Shown: positions 13,953 to 28,683 of the stretch, one piece after another | Layout of the letters: each line of letters starts with the position of its first letter | How positions within the stretch are numbered: position 1 is the first letter of the stretch | Origin: Eledone cirrhosa | Lineage: Eukaryota | Length of the DNA: 64,000 bases | Assembly (NCBI GenBank): GCA_964016885.1 | Contig: OZ024748.1 | Span: forward strand, 56,358,001-56,422,000 | Reading direction: 5' to 3' | The notes under the pieces: generated by a model | Seen by the model: only the letters and a program-made list of their open reading frames with translations | Database searches by the model: none | What the model was told of the DNA's origin: nothing | Program-made: the position numbers and the translations under genes

Positions 13953-14018
<66 letters not shown>

Positions 14019-14021
<3 letters not shown>

Positions 14022-14350
14022 CGTTTTCTGAATTTGTTTAGCAAGGTTCTTTATCTGAAAACGTGTGTTGAAACCAATATTGTTATACTTTGGGAGGGTC
14101 ATGTTGCCAAGAAGGAACACATGCACCAGTGCTTTCACTCCAATTTATTATAAATGATATTTATAAATTTAAGAATTTTTAAATTTCCGGTTGGTTGTTT
14201 CCACAACCGGACGATTGTTCATATATTGTCAAAGTTCTTTCGTCACACATTATGTGACCTCTTCAGTGACTGGGGATTATTTTCTTTGTTTTTGTGCCTC
14301 TCCTTTGTTCTTTCCTACGCCATCTTGTTTTTGTGTGACACTTTGTGGCG
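14019..14350 (-). mobile_element. Hammerhead-bearing element, same family as 30783-31360
   Basis: Colinear with 30783-31100, starting from the same TTTCGTTT terminus at a (TA)n junction. Its right boundary is uncertain. Fragments (ACTTTGGGAGGGTCAT) at ~6050-6075 and ~31531-31547. Confidence 0.8.
14228..14270 (-). ncRNA. Minimal type I hammerhead motif
   Basis: Minus strand reads GTCA CTGAAGA G GTCACA-TAATG-TGTGAC GAAA GAAC TT/ TGAC. Confidence 0.7.
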
Positions 14351-14748
14351 GCTTTAACACCTGCAGTCATTGGTAATGGCGGGAAATGAATGTCTGCTTG
14401 AGACAAATTAAAAATATTGCTACTGCTTATATTTTTAGTGTTGGCAAACGTAGTAATATTTATAATGGCGGTGTCGGTGTGAGGTGTTAGTTTGTGAGGA
14501 AGGCTGTCAGCTTCGTGTGGCTGTGAGTCATCCATGTTTTTTTCAAAGAAGGTTTTTTTTGATAATTATAAAAGTTTAAATTTTGGGCTCAAGGCCCCAA
14601 TCTCTTTGAGTGTCCTTTTCGGAAAACAATGTATGTGCACTTATATACAGTTAACAATAAACATTTTCCATAAATGGCAATTTTAAACAAACGAAAACAA
14701 CAAGCCTTTGCGGAGCTCACGATGATACGATTTACTACGTAGGTCGCC

Positions 14749-14779
<31 letters not shown>

Positions 14780-14787
14780 TTAATAAT

Positions 14788-15150
14788 AAGGTCGTTACAA
14801 TACCAGTGATTGTGGGAGGACTGGGAATGATCAAGAAAGGAACAGAACAATATTTGCGAATGATTCCTGGTTTACACTCTCTGCACGAGGTTAAACAAAA
14901 TGTTTTGACTGGTAATGCACACGTATTGAGAAGAGCACTATCTCTGTAAGATTGATATGCCTCCTTGTATTTACCTATGGATATGCACATGTGTATACAT
15001 ACATTATATACTGTTTTATTTTTAAATTATAATCAATGTGGTGTATTAACTGGCTTACCAATGCACACTGAATTTATTTGCCCTAGATTTCTGGAAGACA
15101 CTCGGAATATATCTTAGAAACAACCACGAAAGAAATTATAATAATAATAA
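14788..15150 (+). mobile_element. 5'-truncated R4/Dong-like (RLE) non-LTR retrotransposon: C-terminal ORF fragment 14788-14949 plus 3' UTR
   Basis: Translation KVVTIPVIVGGLGMIKKGTEQYLRMIPGLHSLHEVKQNVLTGNAHVLRRALSL* matches the R4/Dong C-terminal pattern (PV.IGALG.I.K...IQK..LLG.A.ILR..L). Flanked by (TAA)n on both sides, the known Dong target. Confidence 0.8.
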
Positions 15151-15237
15151 TATATATATATATAAATAGGTTGTTTGCATAATTGCAAACGAATTGAATA
15201 TTTTAGTATTCGAAAATCTCAGGTTATATATATATAT

Positions 15238-15977
15238 AAAACAGGCAAAACGACCAGTGTATGGAATCTATAGATTCCATACACTGGTGGTTTTCCCTGT
15301 TTTACTGATGACACACTATCTCTCTCTAGTGTGTTACCTTTTCAACATATTGTATTTTAAAGAGCTCAGGATTCCTTTCCGTTTGAGCACATTATTGACA
15401 GGGAATAACGAGATTCTATGGCTCCGTTAATTTATCGTGATATTTCGCTCCTTATAACTGTCTTTCCTCTCTCCCTGTTTGGTTGAGCACACTTCTTTGA
15501 GTGGTTTTGGGTCTGCCCTTTCTCGCAGCTCGTCCCTGAGATACCACTGGTTCACTGCTCTAAGCAGGCTGTGACATCTCTCTGCCGTGTGTAGCTGGAC
15601 GGTGGCTTTAGATTCTCTTAGTGTTATCTAGAATGTATAGTCTAGCACGTGCTGATGACTCATAGGCTATCCCATTTCAGTCGACAACTTCCTGGCGAAA
15701 CAGATCTCTTTGGATTTGTACGCGTGTTTATATAGTTATAGAGGTGCGTATATACATTTTAATTTATATTTTGAATTATTGTGTGTCTACCCCGCCTTCC
15801 AAAGATTATAGATTCCATACACTGGTGGTTTTCCCTGTTTTATTGATGGCACACTATCTCTGTCTAGTGTTACCTTTTCAACATATTGTATTTTAAAGAG
15901 CTCAGGATACCTTTTCGGTTGAACACATTATTGACAGAGAATAACGAGATTCTATGGCTCCGTTAATTTATCGTGGT
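15238..15977. mobile_element. Non-coding element with ~170-bp direct terminal repeats (15269-15439, 15807-15975) and a short 5' inversion
   Basis: Two highly similar TATAGATTCCATACACTGG...AATTTATCGTG repeats. A ~33-bp inverted arm is centred at 15270/15271. TA runs lie on both sides. Confidence 0.8.
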
Positions 15978-16513
15978 ATATATATATATATATATGTGTG
16001 AATATTTCGTATCTCCAAAGAAATACAGTTTTAGGAAGCGGTAGCTATGCAAACATCGGGGCCTAACGCCCTCTGGTATATATGGATATATGTATACACA
16101 CACATATATATATATTTATACGTGTGTGTGTGTGTGTATATGTGGTTCTGTTTCCTTTAACTTCTCCCATATTTCCTCTCCCTCTCTCTCTCTCTCTTCT
16201 ATATATATATATATATTAATCCAGAATTAGCCGTCAAAATGGCTTGAGCTCAGCCGCCGGGGTCCTACTCGTTCCTATATATATATATATAGTGTGTGTG
16301 TGTGAGTGTATTTGTCGGTGGTGTTGGTCGTATATGTGTGGGGGCGATATATGTTCTAATCAAAAAAATGTCAGACATCCTTGTCCCTTGTATGTAGAAG
16401 AATGTGAATCTGATTCGGAAATCATAGAAGCAAACAGCACAAGTTCAGCTGTCGCCTTGTAGACGTTACTATAACCATCTATTTACCTTTTCTATCACCT
16501 TATCTTTGCCTCT

Positions 16514-17223
<710 letters not shown>

Positions 17224-17267
17224 GTATATATATATATATATATACTACTGTGCCTACAGTATATATG

Positions 17268-17299
<32 letters not shown>

Positions 17300-17362
17300 C
17301 ATATATACATACATATATATCTGTGTATATATATGTATGTATATGTATCTATATACATATAA

Positions 17363-17454
<92 letters not shown>

Positions 17455-17656
17455 TTATTTATTTATGTATATATATATATATATATGTGCGTGTGTGTGT
17501 GTGCATATATATATATGTGCACAGGTGTATGTATATATGTAAATACATTCATACGTATATCTCTCTATCTCTCTCTCTATATATCTATATATATCTATAC
17601 AATCCAGTGTCCGAGCGGTGGAAATTGTATAAATACATCTCTAACTGTAGGCACAG

Positions 17657-17719
<63 letters not shown>

Positions 17720-17724
17720 AATGA

Positions 17725-17854
<130 letters not shown>

Positions 17855-17862
17855 ATACATAT

Positions 17863-17897
<35 letters not shown>

Positions 17898-17899
17898 TC

Positions 17900-17957
<58 letters not shown>

Positions 17958-18269
17958 CTGTGTATATATACGCATGAAAATATAGGCAGACTCACACGTA
18001 TACATATTGACGTTTGGGAGTCTATTTATACATCTCCACCTATCAATGTCTGTAAGTATATACGTATCGAACTCTATCTTCATATATTTAATGCATCTCT
18101 TTAACGATATATCGATCAACCCCACCCAATCGATATTTTCCCATATATCTGCATTGGCATTCGTCTATCTGCAAGCCTGCTTATTAACAAGTCTATTTCT
18201 ACTAACTCGGTAACTTACCTCACTTTGAAACATTGTCTCTTTGCAAATCTGTCCTTCTCATCTCTTTCT

Positions 18270-18290
18270 ATATATATATATATATATATA

Positions 18291-18389
<99 letters not shown>

Positions 18390-18504
18390 ATTCATATATA
18401 TACTTTTATGCACACCCACACACATATATATATGCATATATATATATATATATATACTTTTATACACACACACACACATATATATATATATGTATATATA
18501 TATG

Positions 18505-18595
<91 letters not shown>

Positions 18596-18708
18596 TCATA
18601 TATATACTTTTATGCACACCCACACACATATATATATGCATATATATATATATATATATACTTTTATACACACACACACACATATATATATATATGTATA
18701 TATATATG

Positions 18709-18800
<92 letters not shown>
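18270..18800. repeat. Tandem duplication (~205 bp) of a compound TA/CA microsatellite
   Basis: Interruption pattern CATTCATATATATACTTTTATGCACACCCAC occurs at ~18389 and ~18593. Confidence 0.8.
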
Positions 18801-18807
<7 letters not shown>

Positions 18808-18912
18808 ATATATATATATATAAATGTATGCCTACACACACAGTACACTCATACTTACGCCAATACATATATAGACATATGTAAATGTTTATATACACAT
18901 ACATATATATAC

Positions 18913-18953
<41 letters not shown>

Positions 18954-19094
18954 TTTACTTGTGTATATATGTATATAGAGAACATGTTTATATGAATGAT
19001 TGGTTGCATATCCCGCTATGGAAAACATATGTACTGATGTTTCCTTTATATGTTACTGTAATCACATGGCCATCTGCAAAACTGTACATCACCA

Positions 19095-19972
19095 TCTCCA
19101 ACACAACCACCACCACCTTCAACAACAACACCACCACAACACCAAGACCACTACCACCAGCAACACCACCACCACCACCTCCAACACCAGCACCACCTCC
19201 AACACCACCAATACCAACATCACAACCACCACCACCTCCAACACCACAACCACCAACAACAACACCATCACCACCAAAAACACCACCACCAACAACAACA
19301 ACACCACCCCCACCAGCAACACCACCACCACTGCAACCACTACCAGCACCGCAAACACCACCACCAGCAACACCACCACCACAGCAACACCACCACCACT
19401 GCAACACCACCACCACTGCAACCACTACCAGCACCGCAAACACCACCACCAGCAACACCACCACCACAGCAACACCACCACCACAGCAACACCACCACTA
19501 CTGCAACCACTACCAGCACCGCAAACACCACCACCAGCAACACCACCACCTCAACAACACCCCAACACCACCACCACCACTGAAACCACTACCAGCACCG
19601 CAAACACCACCACCAGCAACACCACCACCACAACAACACCACCACCACTGCAACCACTACCAGCACCGCAAACACCACCACCAGCAACACCACCACCTCA
19701 ACAACACCCCAACACCACCACCACCACTGAAACCACTACCAGCACCGCAAACACCACCAACAACAACACCACCACCAACAACAACACCACCACCTCAACA
19801 ACACCCCAACACCACCACCACCACTGCAACCACTACCAGCCCCGCAAACACCACCACCAGCAACACCACCACCACAACAACACCACCACCTCAACAACAC
19901 CACAACACCACTACTACCACTGCAACCACTACCAGCACCGCAAACACCACCACCACCAACAACAACAACAAC
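19095..19972. repeat. CCA/CAA-rich minisatellite with higher-order unit
   Basis: About 8 copies of CTG(C/A)AACCACTACCAGCACCGCAAACACCACC within (CCA/CAA)n. Confidence 0.85.
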
Positions 19973-21026
19973 TTTTCACGGTGCCCTGAAACATGCCCTT
20001 AACTCTGAACCCAGTCTCTGCTACATATCTCTCTGTCACTCTTTGTCTCTCCCATTTTCTCTCCCAATTTTTCTCCTCTCATTCTCTCTCTCTCTTTCTC
20101 TCTCTCATTCTCTCCCCCTCTCTCTTTATCTCACTCCTTCTCGCACACTCTTCCTTAGGGACCAATCTATCCAAATAACCTTCTTCACCAGAAAGATAGA
20201 TAAAACAAATAAATGATCACGTGGGGAACATTATTCACTGTCCGATGTACAGATCACTTATATATATATATTTATATATTTTTCTTTTACCATTCTTATT
20301 GTTTTTATTTTTTTTTTGATTTTTTTTTTTTTTTTGTGCAAGATTTATTCTACCGATCATTTGCTTTCTGCTGTATTATGACCAAACATGTACTTACCAC
20401 TGTTTTATAATCAATAAAAAATCTTTTAAAATGAATGGGGTCGACTGAGGTCAAAACCTGTTAGCCCCCCCCCCCCTCCATCTTTCTTTTTTTTACGTTT
20501 TATTGTTGTTTCCTGTATTCTTTTAGTTTTGTCTGCAACAGTTCTTTATAGAATTTAAAAATCTTCTGTCTATATAGACAGAAGCTAGCCGCCTGCACGT
20601 TTAGACATATATTCATACATACACACACATACACTCATACCCATATATGCACACACACATAGACACACACGCACACACAAACACACATAGACATGCACAC
20701 ACACACACACAACCACATGCATACACACACCTACATACACACATGCATACACACGTACACACGCACACACACACACCTACACACACAGAGGCATACACAC
20801 ATACACACACACACAAACACGCGTAGATACGATACACACACACACAAAGAGCCACACACGCCTGCACAGACCTACACATACAGAGGCATACACACACGCA
20901 CAAAAACAACCACATACACACTTACACACTCGCACACAAACACAAACATGCACAAACACACACAGGCATACACACAGACACTGAAATAAACAGATGTTTA
21001 CGTACGTTATATGGTTGCATAAATGT

Positions 21027-21415
21027 AAGTATGTATGCTTATAAGTATGTATGCTTATAAGTATGTATGCTTATATGTATGTATGCTTATATGTATGTAT
21101 GCTTATATGTATGTATGTTTATAAGTATGTATGCTTATAAGTATGTATGCTTATATGTATGTATGCTTATAAGTATGTGTGCATATAAGTATGTATGCTT
21201 ATATGTATGTATGCTTATATGTATGTATGCTTATATGTATGTATGCTTATATGTATGTATGCTTATAAGTATGTATGTTTATAAGTATGTATGCTTATAA
21301 GTATGTATGCTTATATGTATGTATGCTTATAAGTATGTGTGCATATAAGTATGTATGCTTATATGTATGTATGCTTATATGTATGCTTATAAGTATGTAT
21401 GCTTATATGTATGCA
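21027..21415. repeat. 16-bp tandem repeat GTATGTATGCTTATA(A/T)
   Basis: More than 20 consecutive units visible. Confidence 0.95.
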
Positions 21416-21549
21416 TGTTTCTAGCTACACATGTTTATAGGTAAGTCTACCTAGATTCATCAACATATCTTCATAATCTGTTTTTTATATGTATATATAT
21501 ATATAACGTCGAAATGGCTTGAGCTCTGCCGTCGGGGTTAAACGTTTTC

Positions 21550-21600
<51 letters not shown>

Positions 21601-21745
21601 TATTGATGTAATTCAAAATCAAGGACTGAACGTGCCTTTTCCTCACTGTAGGGTACATTCAATTAACGAACATCACTGTTTGTCCGTTTACTTTGTCACT
21701 TCAATTTTGTATAACCTCCTTGATTGTAACATTATTATGTAAGAC

Positions 21746-21824
21746 GCTGTCTGAAGAGGGCATGGCACTAGCTTATACGCTGTATTGTGTAACCAAATGT
21801 CGTCCTCGAAATATGTATAACGGC
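21746..21824 (+). ncRNA. Hammerhead motif with long helix II insert
   Basis: GCTGT CTGAAGA GGGC...GTCCTC GAAA TATGTA TA/ ACGGC; helix II base is irregular. Confidence 0.55.
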
Positions 21825-22434
21825 CTTATCATTAAATGACTTTATCATCTATACTTTGTATTTCCTTATTCTATATATGTATGTGCATTAATATGTTAGT
21901 AACATCTGGCAAGGTGTGATTCAGAAAAGCTATCTAATTATTGAATTACATTTTTTCTCTAATCACCCTTTGTATTTTTATCCTAACAATTTATTTTATA
22001 CCTCTTCCGTGAATTATTGGATCCTGAAAAACCCCGTGATTAACGCACGGTTTATTATAACGCCGGTCTCAATTATTCACGCTGGGAAATATATATGGCA
22101 AGCTGTCACTTCTTCAACAGTTCCCTAATAAGTTCAGATTTTGCAGACGGAAAATGAAAAAAAACTAATCTTCTTACATATATCTATATACACCATAATG
22201 TGTCGGTATCCGACGGCTCAAGTCTTGCCGTTTCGACACCAAATTCCAGATTGCTGTCGAAACGGCAATTGCTAAGACGTTGTACCACGTCTCCTTACTA
22301 TATTTACACACTACTATCCCCAGTATTGAGTACTCTGCTGAGTAATGGTCTTACAAGTTTAAAACTGGTATAATCCTGATCTATCTATCTATTTCTCTCA
22401 CACACACTCTCTCTCTCCCCCCTCCCTCTCTCTT

Positions 22435-22498
<64 letters not shown>

Positions 22499-23060
22499 TA
22501 AAAATAGACCGAGAAACAAGAATGTTCTTCATCAGTAGTCTGCTGTTATCATTAGTATTTCTTCGCATTAAAGACTAGTTACCTAAAATCAGTGCGAGCG
22601 ATAACTAAATTAAGTTATCGGGACAGAGGAAAACAGAGGAAAGGAAAGAAACAACATGGTAGTAATGAAACGTAAAGAGAGGGAAAGAGAGACAAGTCAA
22701 TGAATTTGTTCGACAAATCAAATGACGAGAGGAAATAGACGCGTCCGAGGCTCGAGAAAAGTGAGAGAGGAAAGAAATTCACGCAGGTCAGACGGGAGGA
22801 AGTGAGAGAGGAGGAGTAGTAGAGTGTGTCTGAGTGAAAGTATGAGGAAGGGGCCAGCTGAGAGTGAGTGACCAGAAGCGAGAGTGGAGGAAAGCAAGAG
22901 GTGAAGGAGAGAGAAGGGAGAGAGAGAAAGAGGATAGCAGTAAGGGGACAGAAAAATACGAACCACAGCGAAGGCAAACATTATATGTGAATGAAAAATG
23001 GCGTGCAGCGTTGTTACGAATATGAACGTATGAATAGAAAAAAAAAAAAAATAAATAAAT

Positions 23061-23098
<38 letters not shown>

Positions 23099-23210
23099 AT
23101 TTCACGTTGCTCCTTCTACCTGGAATTGCGACCGATAGATAGTATTAGCAAATTGAAAGACCAATAGAAACATTGCCCCCTCAGTCCGATTTGACGAAAG
23201 TCGATCGTTC

Positions 23211-23275
<65 letters not shown>

Positions 23276-25032
23276 TGCTGTTACGCTTTTATAAAGAGTT
23301 ATGTAGCTACATCGTTTTATCTTGTATTTCATGGATGTCTGTTTAGATATTCACATACAACATCATTCATTGTTTCACAAATACATGATGGGCTCAACAT
23401 ATGTTATCTATTATTGTCGTAATAGAGTACAGATTCATTTCTATATATCTTGCTGTGGTACCATGCTCTTGGGAGAAGATGATGAGATTTTTACCTAACA
23501 CAGCCTGATTTTTTCTGTTAAATAAAACGTGTAGATGTTATTTTATCACACCTGTTACAGTGCACATTGATATATATATATATTAAGTGGTGATGTAATT
23601 GTGAGCAACGCACACTGAACAAGGGGAGATAATTTCCGGAAATTTAGAATTTAATTCCTAAAATTTATTCATATGTTTATACAAAATACGACTTTTAGAA
23701 ACAGGCAACTAAATGCTAACAGACACACACACACATACTCACGCATTTACTCATCCATTGAATAAGACATTTTACTAAAAAACACCATGTTGTAGTCAAA
23801 TTAGCAATACATTTATACAGGAAAAATGATTTCATGAAGAGTTTACCAAATTGTAATTTGCGTAATTAAAAAAAAAAATGATATTTTGAGGGAAGTAACA
23901 TAACTTTAAGTAGGTTGATGGATGTAGTACACTTGCGTTGAATCTCTGAACAGACCTGAATGCTTTGTGTTTGAGTAAAACAGTTCATTTCACGTTGCTT
24001 TTCTTAGAACTGGAATTCTATGGTTGAAATACAAGGGAAATCTCCGATAAGATGCAATCTCACAGGAAGTCAACTAACCCTGCATGCAAGTTTGCTGTGA
24101 AATTCATTTCATTTTTCTAGCTCCAAAATCCTAGTATTTATGATTTTCAGCTAAGAGACTACATTCCAGCTCTTCACGCATAACCATTTGAGTAACAACT
24201 GACTACATACCAATTACTTGCTACGAAACAAAATTGCGTTACGCTGAAATTCTGACACATTAAATTCACTTGCCTCGACGTATCACAACTTATGTCTTTC
24301 GAGAGGGACTATCACTTTTTTTTATCTCAAACTTAACATACCGTACATAGGTGCCGATTACAACTAGCCCACCTTTTATATTTTACGCGTCACTTATTCT
24401 GCGTTTTACCCTTTTATCTCTAAGGGTATAAATGATCATCTTCGTCACTCATATTTAAATTTAAAGTTGGAACGCCACGTAAGTTCAACTTCGCCTTAGT
24501 GTTGTAAAATTCTCCAGAATACTGTTTAACAATCTGAATGGACTAGAATTACTATTGGTAATGGTTGAAAGTGTGTACATTAATTTCCAACAACTTTTGA
24601 ACTTGACGTTTTCGTATCTCTTGCCATATATATATATACTCTTTGTCCAAGTGAGTTTGTTTCCTGATGAGTTCGAAGCTCGAGAATTTATCGTTGATAG
24701 GATATTTCCGAAAACGAACAAAACCCTAAGGGTAGAAACGTAATCCTGGTATGTGTATATGCATTTTTTCTTCTAACTTTAATTTTATAGCTAATTGTGT
24801 ATGGTTGACGGTATATTTAATCGATGTCCACGTGCTATTGAAATGTTGGGTAAATATTCTATAGCGGTTGATCGCGAATAGATTGCTGTCGTTTATTTAT
24901 CTACTATTTCTTCATATGTGCCTTTTAATCTTATAGCCTGGTTTAATTGTTTTTTTGAGTGGTTGATTATGCTAATTGGGAGAGGAAATGGTGTATATAT
25001 ATTATCAAATGATTCTATGGACATACTTTATA

Positions 25033-25102
<70 letters not shown>

Positions 25103-25235
25103 CCAGAAATAACAACACAATCGGTACGATATATGGAAGTGATATATTAGGTTAACGCTTGATATAGCAGCAAGAGCGTCATAACATTTCGGACGCTATA
25201 TATGTATATATATATCCATACACACACACACATAT

Positions 25236-25269
<34 letters not shown>

Positions 25270-25274
25270 TTATA

Positions 25275-25479
25275 ACGGAGGAAATGTGGTAAGGAACCAG
25301 GTGGGCCATAACGCACCAAAGTACTCAATACTTAGGGTAGTAGAGTGGGTAATAGGAACGAGTAGGACCCCGACGGTTGAGCTCAAGCCGTTTCGACGGC
25401 TAATTCTGGACTAAAACTTTTAGTCCAGAATTAGCCGTCGAAACGGCTTGAGCTCAGCCGTCGGGGTCCTACTCGTTCC
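25275..25479. mobile_element. 'ACGGAGG' family copy 2 with ~60-bp-arm hairpin (25352-25482)
   Basis: ATAGGAACGAGTAGGACCCC...CTGGACTAAAA ct TTTAGTCCAG...GGGGTCCTACTCGTTCCTAT; flanked by TA runs. Confidence 0.9.
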
Positions 25480-25535
25480 TATATATATTTATATATATAT
25501 CTATATATCTATATATCTATATATCTATCTATCTA

Positions 25536-25576
<41 letters not shown>

Positions 25577-26684
25577 GTAAACAAATACCAAAGCAAATGA
25601 CAGATTGCAATGAAGAGATATATTAGTTTACCGCTTGGGAAAAGAGCATTATCCTTTTAGATACTAGTCCTTCATCAGAAGATAGAATGAGGAATACAGG
25701 ACGAAATGAAGAGATAGAGAATGAGAAGAGAGAAAGGATTGGAGAAGGAAACTGAGAAAATATACGTGTGTATTCTGTCAGTAATATAAATTTGTATGAA
25801 TCTATTTGTATGACTGTATGTATATAAATAGGTGTATCTGTGTACTTTATATTTTTTTACCTTCCTTAAATTGCGATATTTTGAATTTATATTTTGCCTC
25901 CTTCGTGTTTTTTTAATTATGTTAACTCTCATTCAATCAAATCATGCATATTATACACTTCTTATTATAAATAAATGCGAATTTCTATTACGGTATATAA
26001 AAAAATAAGCAACTGACAAAATCAAAAATTTAGACTACATTAGCGACAAAAACAAATTTAACAAAACCATATCTACAACCATAACACATTACACATTACA
26101 TTGAATCAATCATATTGTAATAGTCTAATGGAGTAATGGATTCTTCAGCGCAGTGTGGTGTAATATAGTTGTTAATATGGATCAGTATAGGGTTGTATTT
26201 GAACGTCATAGAATTAATTGCCAACATAGATTGTTAACGCCATTTAATATTGGAATCAATTAGCTTTTTCTTCTTTTTTTTTTTGTGATCGAGCTATATT
26301 CAGTTGTTGAAATATCTTATCAAACTGATTACATTGACAACATTATAAACCTCGTTCCTCGCCATTTTTACTGTTTACATGTTGTTATTATTGACGTTGG
26401 CAAGTTCATTAATATTATTATTATCATTATTATTATTATTATTGGTATCATCATCATCATCATCATCATCATGATTATTGTTATCATTATTTATTTTGAT
26501 TTCGCCTTTTTTTTTTATATTCGATTCATGTAAGAGAAAAAAATTGAATATTTTGTGTTTGTGAGTGTGCTCCTATATTTGTTAACCCTGAGGCATATAC
26601 ACAAGCAATTATTATTATTATTATTACTATTAATATCATGGTTATTGTTGTTGTTATTATTATTATTATTATTATTATTGTTAT

Positions 26685-26717
<33 letters not shown>

Positions 26718-27357
26718 TAATATCATTATTATAATTGTTATTATTATTACTATTAGCATTTTGTTGTTGTTGTTTTCCTGTTTTATATTCATGTTGTTTT
26801 TTAAGCCAATTAATCGTGAGCAATGTATTCTTAATTTTTTTGTTATTCTTGATATTTTCTTGTTTTTCATTCACTCAATAATGCGTGTATTTATTTATTT
26901 ATATAACATTATCTATAAGTTACATTTCTCTAGAAATAAGTGTTCCTAGCATTTGGTAAACATAGAAGCATTTTTAATAAAGTATTTGTATCGGTTAATT
27001 AATATATACACCATAAAAGTGCATGTTTGCTAAATAGGTGAAGGGGTGAGACGTGGGTAGCGTTGTATTGATATCGTTCTAGGTAGTGTTTGTAATTGTG
27101 GAGGATAGTGGATCTGATAAAATTAATGAGCGTTAGATTAAAAGCAAACAAAATAACATTGCTGAGTTAATGATGTGTATGTGAACAAACGAACAGAGTT
27201 AGGGAAATGCGTAAACTTAACCAATTTTCTTATTGATATTATGCCATGTTTATTGCATATTTCATTTATCACTTTATTTATATTACTGAGCGGATTCTAC
27301 ATTTCATAGATGATATTCCGTAGAAATATATCAATCAAACCTAATATGTTAACAAGA

Positions 27358-27469
<112 letters not shown>

Positions 27470-27505
27470 GTGTGTGTGTGTATATGTATACATGCATGTA
27501 TGTGT

Positions 27506-27547
<42 letters not shown>

Positions 27548-27587
27548 TACATACACATATATATATTTATAAGAATACATACATGCA

Positions 27588-27674
<87 letters not shown>

Positions 27675-27677
<3 letters not shown>

Positions 27678-28055
27678 ATATTTTCCTTAGGGTCGTTTTG
27701 GAAGCCTCAACAATGCAGGTGGGTAATTCTCTGGGTAACAAGATCCGGTAGTGGAGAGAGAGATGTAAGTGAATGTAGAATGAGATGTATAGTGTGTAGA
27801 AGAACATAGGAGAGAACGTAAAAAATAAAAATAATAACACGAGATAGAGTTACCTTGGGAGAGATTTAATCGTCCGTATATTTCGGATTCACATCCATCA
27901 ACTGATGGGTTTTACGAGGGGGGGGGGGGGGGACTCTAGCTCCACCACCGGATCTTGTTACCCAGAGAATTACCCATCTGCATTGTTGAGGATTCCAAAA
28001 CGACCAAAAGAAAATATATCTTACTATTCCACAATGCTTCAACCAAACTTCAATA

Positions 28056-28060
<5 letters not shown>
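27675..28060. mobile_element. (TA)n-embedded element with ~80-bp inverted arms (27675-27755 / 27940-28020)
   Basis: GATATATTTTC...GATCCGGTAGTGGAG is mirrored by CTCCACCACCGGATC...GAAAATATATC. The same right terminus recurs at ~41491-41573, also ending at (TA)n. Confidence 0.85.
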
Positions 28061-28134
<74 letters not shown>

Positions 28135-28683
28135 TATGCGTGTTCCGATTCAAACAAGATTAATAATAGACGTAGACTATGAGCAATACAATAAAAGATG
28201 ACAACATCGTGAAAATTAACCCTGGAGACTAAATATAGAGGACAGACACGCCTGCAAAGTATCGAACTTGAGATCCTCCACATACACTGCGAGTGCGTTA
28301 ATCACTACAGAAAGGTGTATACGCAAGACGCATCAACAAAGCATCTGGCAGAAGAATCTTTGTAAAATATTGAACTTTTAAAATTGTCTTTGGCAAATGA
28401 CGTGGTTAATCATTACAGATAATAGTTGAGAAAATCTATCTGGAGGTGAATAAAAATGAACATATGTGCCAGAGAAAATTGAATTCCACATATCACGGAT
28501 CTTGGGCGAATGAGATAGACACCTCACCATGAGAATTGTTCGTGGTAAAACATGAAGACGAATAGCCTCTTCCAGGTTTAAATCTCTATAAAATCTAATA
28601 TATTATAACGAAGCCCCTCGACTCAATCAGTAGATATTTCGTCAAGGAGGAAGTTGAGGTCCATGAGAATATCTATGCGCTAT

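Larger units (their letters stand above)
13431..13953. mobile_element. Fold-back hammerhead element: ~427-bp near-perfect palindrome (13431-13857) plus unique 3' tail, between (TA)n tracts
   Basis: Arms mirror about position ~13644 with only a 1-nt indel near the centre; each arm carries a hammerhead motif. Confidence 0.9.

Noticed and set aside
18959-20002. 347-aa Pro/Thr/His-rich ORF (mucin/extensin-like)
   Set aside because: Open in several frames on both strands because CCA/CAA repeats have no stops; no signal peptide or domain.
21027-21415. Regular array as a possible CRISPR
   Set aside because: Contiguous 16-bp units with no unique spacers; eukaryotic context.
22505-22540. Minus-strand CTGATGA + GAACA/TGTTT hairpin
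   Set aside because: No GAAA box follows; at best a decayed hammerhead.
22700-23020. Purine-rich CpG-containing stretch with AAAATGGCG (YY1-like) as a promoter
   Set aside because: A single short motif with no downstream exon evidence; not supportable.
24655-24750. CTGATGAG...GAAAC as a hammerhead
   Set aside because: Could not form consistent helix I and helix II.
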